Source: Squalus acanthias
Lineage: Eukaryota
Assembly (NCBI GenBank): GCA_030390025.1
Contig: CM059432.1
Location: 92,816,001-92,880,000, forward strand
DNA: 64,000 bases
Direction of reading: 5' to 3'
In this document: one piece after another, positions 57,301-64,000 of the stretch
How positions within the stretch are numbered: the stretch's first letter is position 1
Layout of the letters: each line of letters starts with the position of its first letter
Position numbers and translations under genes: made by a program
The notes under the pieces: model-generated
Database searches by the model: none
The model's input: the letters and a program-made list of their open reading frames with translations, nothing else
What the model was told of the DNA's origin: nothing

Positions 57301-60300
57301 GGAGGTCACCATTGACCAGAAGTTTAACTGGATCGGCCATATCAACTGTTTGTATACAAGAGTGGGGCAGAGGCTGGGGGTCCTGCAATGAGTGACTCAC
57401 CGGATCTCTGAAAGCTTATCCACTATCGCTAAAGCTCAAGCCAAGAATGTGATGGAATACTCACCATTCATAGAAACATAGAAGATAGGAGCAGGAGTAG
57501 GCCATTCGGCCCCTCGAGCCTGCTCCGCCATTCGATGAGATCATGGCTGATCGTCCAAACTCAGTACCCTGTACCTGCCTTCTCCCCATATCCCTTGATA
57601 CCTTTAGCTTTAAGGAATATATTTAATGACTTGGCCTCACTACCTGCTGTGGTAGAGAATTCCACAGGTTCACCACTCTCTGGGTGAAGAAATTCTTCCT
57701 CATTTCTGTCCTAAATGGCTTACCCCTTATCCTTAGATTATGACCCCTGGTTCTGGACTCTCCGACCATCAGGAACATTCTTCCTGCATCTAGTTTGTCC
57801 AGACCTGTCAGAATTTTATATATTTCGATGAGATCCCCTCTCATTCTTCTATACTCCAGCGAGTATAAGCCCAATCGACCCAATCTCTCCTCATATGTCA
57901 TTCCTGCCATCCCAGGTATCAGCCTTGTGAATCTTCACTGAACTCCTTCCATGGCAAGAACATCCTTCCTCAGATAAGGCGACCAAAACTGCACACAGTA
58001 CTCAAGGTGTGGTCTCACCAAGGCCCTGTGCAACTGCAGCAGGACATCCCTGTTCCTATACTCAGACCCTTTCGCTATGAAGGCCAACATACCATTTGCC
58101 TTCTTCACCGCCTGCTGCACCTGTATGCTTACCTTCAGCGACTGGTGCACAAGGACACCCAGGTCTCGTTGCACTTCCCCTTCTCCCAATCTATTGCCAT
58201 TCAGATAATAGGCTGCCTTTCTGTTTTTGACACCAAAGTGGATAACCTCGCATTTATCCACGTTATATTGCATCTGCCACGCTTCTGCCCACTCACCCAA
58301 CCTGTCCAAATCATCCTGGAGTTTCTCGGTATCCTCCTCACAGCACACACGCCCACCCAGCTTTGTGTCCTCTGCAAACTTGGAGATATTACATTTAGTT
58401 CCCTTATCTAGATCATTAATGTATATTGTGAATAGCTGGGGTCCAAGGACCAATCCCTGTGGTACCCCACTAGTCACTGCCTGCCACTCGGAAAAAGACC
58501 CATTAATTCCTACTCTCTGCTTTCTGTCCGCCAACCAGTTCTCTATCCAAGTCAATACCTTGCCCCCAATCCCATGTGCCTTAACTTTACATGCTAATCT
58601 CTTATGCGGGACCTTATCAAAAGCCTTTTGAAAGTCCAAATACACCACATCTACTGGTTCTCCCTTATCTATTTTCCCAGTTACATCCTCAAAAAATTCC
58701 AGTAGATTAGTCAAGCACAATTTACCTTTTGTAAATCCATGTTGACTTTGTCCGATCCTGTCACTGTTTTTCAAGTGCTCAGCTATTACATCCTTATAAT
58801 GGACTCTAGCATTTTCCCCACTACCGATGTCAGGCTTACTGGTCTGTAATTCCCCGCTTTCTCTCTACCACCCTTTTTGAATAGTGGGGTAACATTAGCT
58901 ACCCTCCAATCCATGTTCCAGATTCCATCGAATGTTGGAAGATGATCAGCAATGCATCTACTATTTCTAGGGCCATTTCCTTAAGTACCCTAGGATGTAG
59001 ATTATCAGGCCCTGGGGATTTATCGGCCTTCAATCCCGTCAATTTCCCTAACACCATTTCCCTGCAAATACTGATTTCTTTCAGTTCCTCCCTTTCATCA
59101 GACCCCATGTTCTCCAACATCTCTGGGAGGTTATTTGTGTCCTCCTTTGTGAAGACAGAACCAAAATATGCATTTAATTGGTCTGCCATTTCTTTGTTCC
59201 CCATTATAACTTCCCCCGCTTCTGACTGCAAGGGACCTACACTTGATTTCACTAATCTTTTTCTCTTCACATATCTATAAAAGCTCTTACAGTCAGTTTT
59301 TATGTTCCCTGCAAGCTGACTTTCATATTCTATTTTCCCCTTCTTAATTAATCCCTTTGTCCTCCTTTGTTGAATCTTAAACTGCTCCCAATCCTCAGGG
59401 TTACCGCTTTTTCTGGCCAATTTATATGCCCTCTCCTTGGATCTTATGCTATCCCTAATTTCCCTTGTTAGCCACGGTTGAGTCACCCTTTTTGTTTTAT
59501 TCTTATGCCACACTGGGATGAACAAATTTTGTAGTTCATCCATGCAGTCTTTGAAGGTTTGCCATTGCCTATCCACCGTCAACCCTTTGAGTGACATTCC
59601 CCAATCAATCCTACCCAATTCGCGCCTCATATCATCGTAGTTTCCTTTATTTAAATTCAGGACCCTAGTCTCTGATTCAACTACTTCACTCTCAATCCTA
59701 ATGAAGAATTCTATCATATTATGATCACTCTGACCCAAGGGGCCTCGTACAACAAGATTGCTAATTAATCCTTTCTCATTACATAATACCCAGTCTAAGA
59801 TGACCTGATCTCTGGTTGGTTCCTCGACATAGTGTTCCAGAAAACCATCCCATAAACATTCTAGGAATTCCTCCTCCACAGTATTTTTACTAATTTGGTT
59901 AGCCCAATCTATATGTAAATTAAAGTCACCTATGATGACTGCTGTGCCCTTACTGCATGCTTCTCTAATTTCCCTTTTAATGCCGTCCCCCAACCTCCGT
60001 ATTACTGTTTGGAGGTCTATATACCACTCCCACTAACGTTTTCTGCCCCTTGTTATTTCTCAGTTCTACCCATACAGATTCCACATCATCAGAGCTAATA
60101 TCCTTCCTTTCAATTGTGTTAATCCCCTCTTTAACCAGCAATGCTACCCCACCTCCCTTTCTTTTTTGCCTATCTTTCCTAAATATTGAATACCCCTGGA
60201 TGTTGAGTTCCCAGCCTTGGCCACCCTGGAGCCATGTTTCTGTAATCCCAATCAAATCGTATTCATTTACCTCTATTTGTGCAGCTAATTCATCCACCTT

Positions 60301-60515
60301 GTTCCGAATGCTCCTTGCATTAAGACACAAAGCCTTCAGGCTTGTTTTTTTAACGCTCTCAGACCTATATGAATTATTATTTACTGTGACCATGTTTGAT
60401 TTAAACCGTTGAGTTCTTCGCCTTCTACTTTTGTTTTTCTCCTTCCTGTCTTTTGCTTTTATCCTTGTTTCCCTTTCCTCTGTCTCCCTGCTCAGGTTCC
60501 CAACCCCCTGCCACT

Positions 60516-61466
60516 TTAGTTTAAACCCTCCCCAACAGCACTAGCAAACACTCCCCCTAGGACAACGGTCCCGGCCCTGCCCAGGTGCAGACCGTCCCGT
60601 TTGTACTGGTCCCACCTCCCCCAGAACCGGTTCCAACGTCCAAGGAATTTGAATCCCTCCTCCTTGCACCATTCCTCTAGCCATGTATTCATTTGAAATA
60701 GCCTCCTATTTCTACTCTGACTAGCACGTGGCACTGGTAGCAATCCTGAGATTACTACCTTTGAGGTCCTATTTTTAAATTTACCTCCTAACTCCCTATA
60801 TTCTGCTTTTCGGACTTCATCCCGTTTTTTACCTATATCGTTGATGCCTATGTGCACCATGACAACTGGCTGTTCGCCCTCCCCCTCCAAAATGTTCTGT
60901 AGCCGCTCCGAGACGTCCCTGACCCTTGCACCAGGGAGGCAACACACCATCCTGGAGTCTCGTTTGCGGCCGCAGAAACGCCTATCTATTCCCCTTACAA
61001 TTGAGTCCCCTATCGCTATAGCTCTTCCACACTTTTTCCTCCCAGCCTGTGCAGCAGAGCCACCCATGGTGCCAGGAAGTTGGCTGCTGCTGCCTTCCCC
61101 TGATAAGTCATCCCCCCCAACAGTATCCAAAGTGGTATATCTGTTTGAGAGGGGGATGGCCACAGGGGACCCTTGCACTACCTGCCTGCACCTCTTACTC
61201 TGCCTGGTGGTCACCCATTCACTTCCTGCCTGTACACCCTTTACCTGCGGTATGACCAACTCGCTGAACGTGCTATCCACGACGTTCTCAGCGTCGCAAA
61301 TGCTCCAATATGCATCCATCCGCAGCTCTAGCACCGCAATGCGGTCTATCAGTAGCTGCAGCTGGATACACTTCCCACACACATGGTCGTCAGGGATACA
61401 GGAAGCGTCCCTGATTTCCCACATATAGCAGGAGGAGCATATCACGGGGCGGAGCTCTCCTGCCAT
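60516..61466 (-). CDS. CR1 ORF1: zinc-finger/leucine-zipper + SGNH esterase-like domain, 316 aa
   Basis: CSSC..CGKC, leucine-rich helix, GDS, PGA, GIND (canonical GTND) and DGLH. Confidence 0.9.
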   Translation of the reverse strand: MAGELRPVICSSCYMWEIRDASCIPDDHVCGKCIQLQLLIDRIAVLELRMDAYWSICDAENVVDSTFSELVIPQVKGVQAGSEWVTTRQSKRCRQVVQGSPVAIPLSNRYTTLDTVGGDDLSGEGSSSQLPGTMGGSAAQAGRKKCGRAIAIGDSIVRGIDRRFCGRKRDSRMVCCLPGARVRDVSERLQNILEGEGEQPVVMVHIGINDIGKKRDEVRKAEYRELGGKFKNRTSKVVISGLLPVPRASQSRNRRLFQMNTWLEEWCKEEGFKFLGRWNRFWGRWDQYKRDGLHLGRAGTVVLGGVFASAVGEGLN

Positions 61467-61553
61467 GACTTACCCTTTAATTAATTAATTAAAATTAAAT
61501 TAAATGAATCCCACCAATTTCACTTCAATTAAATGATATACTCAAGGGCCCTT

Positions 61554-61716
61554 TCCCGACACTGGCCTCTGTAAAAAGCCCACGAAAGTGAGTTTAACTA
61601 CTCACTGTGCTGCTGCTCTCTCCGCTCCCGACACTGGCCTCTGGAAAAAAGCCCGCGAAAGTGAGTTTAAATACTCACTGTGCTGCTGCTCTCTCCGCTC
61701 CCGACACTGGCCTCTG
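61554..61716. repeat. 72/73-bp tandem repeat (~2.25 copies) in the CR1 5' UTR
   Basis: Units start at 61554, 61626 and 61699 with TCCCGACACTGGCCTCTG. Confidence 0.92.
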
Positions 61717-61836
61717 GTGCAGCCAAGAAAACAGTTGAGAAGCTTGACACCATCCAGGACACAGCAATTAACTTAATCAGCCTTCTTGCCATTTAATATC
61801 CACCATCAGTGCACCCTGGCTGTAATATGTACTATC

Positions 61837-64000
61837 TTTTTTTTAAATCATTTATGGGATGTGCGCGTCGCTGGCAAGGCCAGCATTTATTGCCCATCCC
61901 TATTTGCCCTTGAGAAGGTGGTGGTGAGCCGCCGCCTTGAACTGCTGCAGTCCGTGTGGTGAAGGTACTCCCACAGTGCTGTTAGGTAGGGAGTTCCAGG
62001 ATTTTGACCCAGCGACGATGAAGGATCAGCAATATACTTCTAAGTCAGGATGGTGTGTGACTTGGAGGGGAACTTGGAGGTGGTGGTGTTCCCACGCACT
62101 TGCTGCCCTTGTCCTTCTAGATGGAAGAGGTCGCGGGTTTGGGAGGTGCTGCCGAAGAAGCCTTGGCGAGTTGCTGCAGTGCATCTTGTAGATGGTACAC
62201 ACTGCAGCCACGGTACGTCGGTGGTGGAGGGAGTGAATGTTTAAGGTGGTGGATGGCGTGCAAATCAAGGAGGCTGCTTTGTCGTGGATGGTGTTGAGCT
62301 TCTTGAGTGTTGTAGGGGCTGCACTCATCCAAGCAAGTGGAGAGTATTCCATCACACTCCTTACTTGTGCCTTGTAGATGGTGGAAAGGCTTTGGGGAGT
62401 CAGGTGAGACACTCACCACAGAATACCTAGCCTCTGACCTGCTCTTGTTGCCACAGTATTTATGTGGCTGGTCCTGTTAAGTTTCTGGTCAATGCTGACC
62501 CCCAGGATTTTGATGGTGGGGGATTTGGCGATGGTAATGCCGTTGAATGTCAAGGGGAAGTGGTTAGACTCTCGCTTGTTGGAGACAGACATTGCCTGGC
62601 ACTTCTGTGGCATGAATGTTACCTGCCACTTATCAGCCCAAGCCTGAACGTCATCCAGGTCTTGTTGCATGCGGGCATGGACTGCTTCATTATCTGAGGA
62701 GTTGTGAATGGCGCTGAACACTGTGCAGTCATCAGTGAACATCCCCATTTCTAACCTTATGTTGGACGGAAGGTCATTGATGAAGCAGCTGAAGATGGTT
62801 GGGCCTAGGACACTGCCCTGAGGAACTCCTGCAGCAATGTCCTGGGGCTGTGATGATTGACCTTCAAACACCACAACCATCTTCCTTTGTGCTAGGTATG
62901 ACTCCAGCCAGTGGAGCGTTTTCCCCCCGATTCCCATTGACTTTAGTTTTACTAGGGCTCCTTGATGCCACACTCGGTCAAATGCTGCCTTGATGTCAAG
63001 GGCAGTCACTCTTACCTCACCTCTGGAATTCAGCTCCTTTGTCAATGTTTGGACCAAGGCTGTAATGAGGTCAGGAGCCGAGTGGTCTTGGCGGAACCTA
63101 AACTGGGCATCAGTGAGCAGGTTATTGGTGAGTAAGTGCCGCTTGATAGCACTGTCGATGACACCTTCCATCACTTTGCTGATGATTGACAGTAGACTGA
63201 TGGGGCGGTAATTGGCCGGGTTGGATTTGTCCTGCTTTTTGTGGACAGGACATACCTGGGCAGTTTTCCACATTGTCGGGTAGATGCCAGTGTTGTAGCT
63301 GCACTGGAACAGCTTGGCTAGAGGCGCAGCTAGTTCTGGAGCACAAGTCTTCAGCATGATAGCCGGGATGTTGTCGGAGCCCATAGCCTTTGCTGTATCC
63401 AGTGCGCTCAGCCATTTCTTGATATCATGTGGAGTGAATCGAATTGGCTGAAGACTGGCTTCTGTGATGGTGGGGACCTCAGGAGTAGGCCGATATGGAT
63501 CATCCACTCGGTACTTCTGGCTGAAGTTGGTTGCAAACGCTTCAGCCTTGTCTTTTGCACTCACGTGCTGGGATCCACCATCATTGAGGATGGGGATATT
63601 CATAGAGCCTCCTCATCCTATTAGTTGTTTAATGGTCCACCACCATTCACGACTGGATGTGGCAGGACTGCAGAGCTTTGATCTGATCCGTTGATTGTGG
63701 GATCGCTTGGCCCTGTCTATAACATGCTGCTTCCTTTTTTTAGCATGCATGTAGTCCTGTGTTGCAGCTTCCCCAGGTTGGCACCTCATTTTTAGGTACG
63801 CCTGGTGCTGCTCCTGGCATACTCTTCTGCACTCCTTATTGAACCAGGGTTGGTCCCCTGGCTTGATGGTAATGGTAGAGTGAAGGATATGCCAGGCCAT
63901 GAGGTTACAGATTGTGGTGGAATACAATTCTGCTGCTGCTGATGGCCCACAGCGCCTCATGGATGCCCAGTTTTGAGCTGCTAGATCTGTTCTGAATCTG
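61837..64000 (-). mobile_element. Second copy of the tRNA-headed LINE family (RT and 3' tail), running off the window end
   Basis: ORFs 63613-63960, 62413-63603 (NYRPISLLS, DIKAAFDRV, GVPQGSVLGP, FTDD) and 62026-62412; colinear with 33264-36130. Confidence 0.92.

Larger units (their letters stand above)
57469..61716 (-). mobile_element. Near-full-length young CR1: 5' UTR repeats, intact ORF1, ORF2 with a few frameshifts
   Basis: ORF1 60516-61466; ORF2 pieces 59977-60393, 58899-59993, 57935-58774 and 57623-57910; ATAGAAAC tail. Confidence 0.96.
57160..61835 (+). mobile_element. Old fragment related to the tRNA-headed LINE family (57160-57468 and 61717-61835), split by a CR1
   Basis: WPDKWQETFVP..., GTGATGGAATACTC, then GAAGCTTGACACCATCCAGGAC after the insertion; homologous to rc of 62200-62640. 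Confidence 0.75.

Noticed and set aside
8397..63694. Numerous antisense and alternate-frame ORFs in the track (e.g. MTPKWITSHLST.., MNSGVTLATLQS..)
   Set aside because: Shadow frames of LINE ORF2 that recur only because the elements recur.
1..64000. Prokaryotic-type systems (CRISPR array, retron, DGR, operons)
   Set aside because: No repeat-spacer array or operon structure; every RT is of eukaryotic non-LTR or Penelope type.

Overview
This window is vertebrate genomic DNA, most likely from a cartilaginous fish; that is inferred from the repeat families and not proven. It is almost entirely a nested stack of transposable elements, and I could not identify a host protein-coding gene. It holds many CR1 LINEs: one with an intact 979-aa APE+RT ORF2, one near-full-length copy with an intact esterase ORF1, and several inserted into one another. 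It also holds a Neptune-type Penelope element with a hammerhead-like motif, a decayed Tx1 LINE, a Vingi/Ingi-like fragment, a Deu-domain SINE, two TA-flanked pogo/Tigger-type MITEs, and several decayed PIF/Harbinger Myb/SANT and transposase genes. The most unusual observation is a single-ORF APE+RT LINE family (33264-37226 and 61837-64000, minus strand). Its 5' end is a tRNA-like head with an A box, a B box and an AGT anticodon arm, and by manual scan its sense strand has no TTTT Pol III terminator. A ~350-bp element at 6885-7233 consists of the same LINE's 5' region fused to its 3' tail. Together these suggest a possibly Pol III-transcribed autonomous LINE with a SINE derived from it by internal deletion. 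This is inference and untested. All coordinates were read by eye, and boundaries of old elements are approximate.
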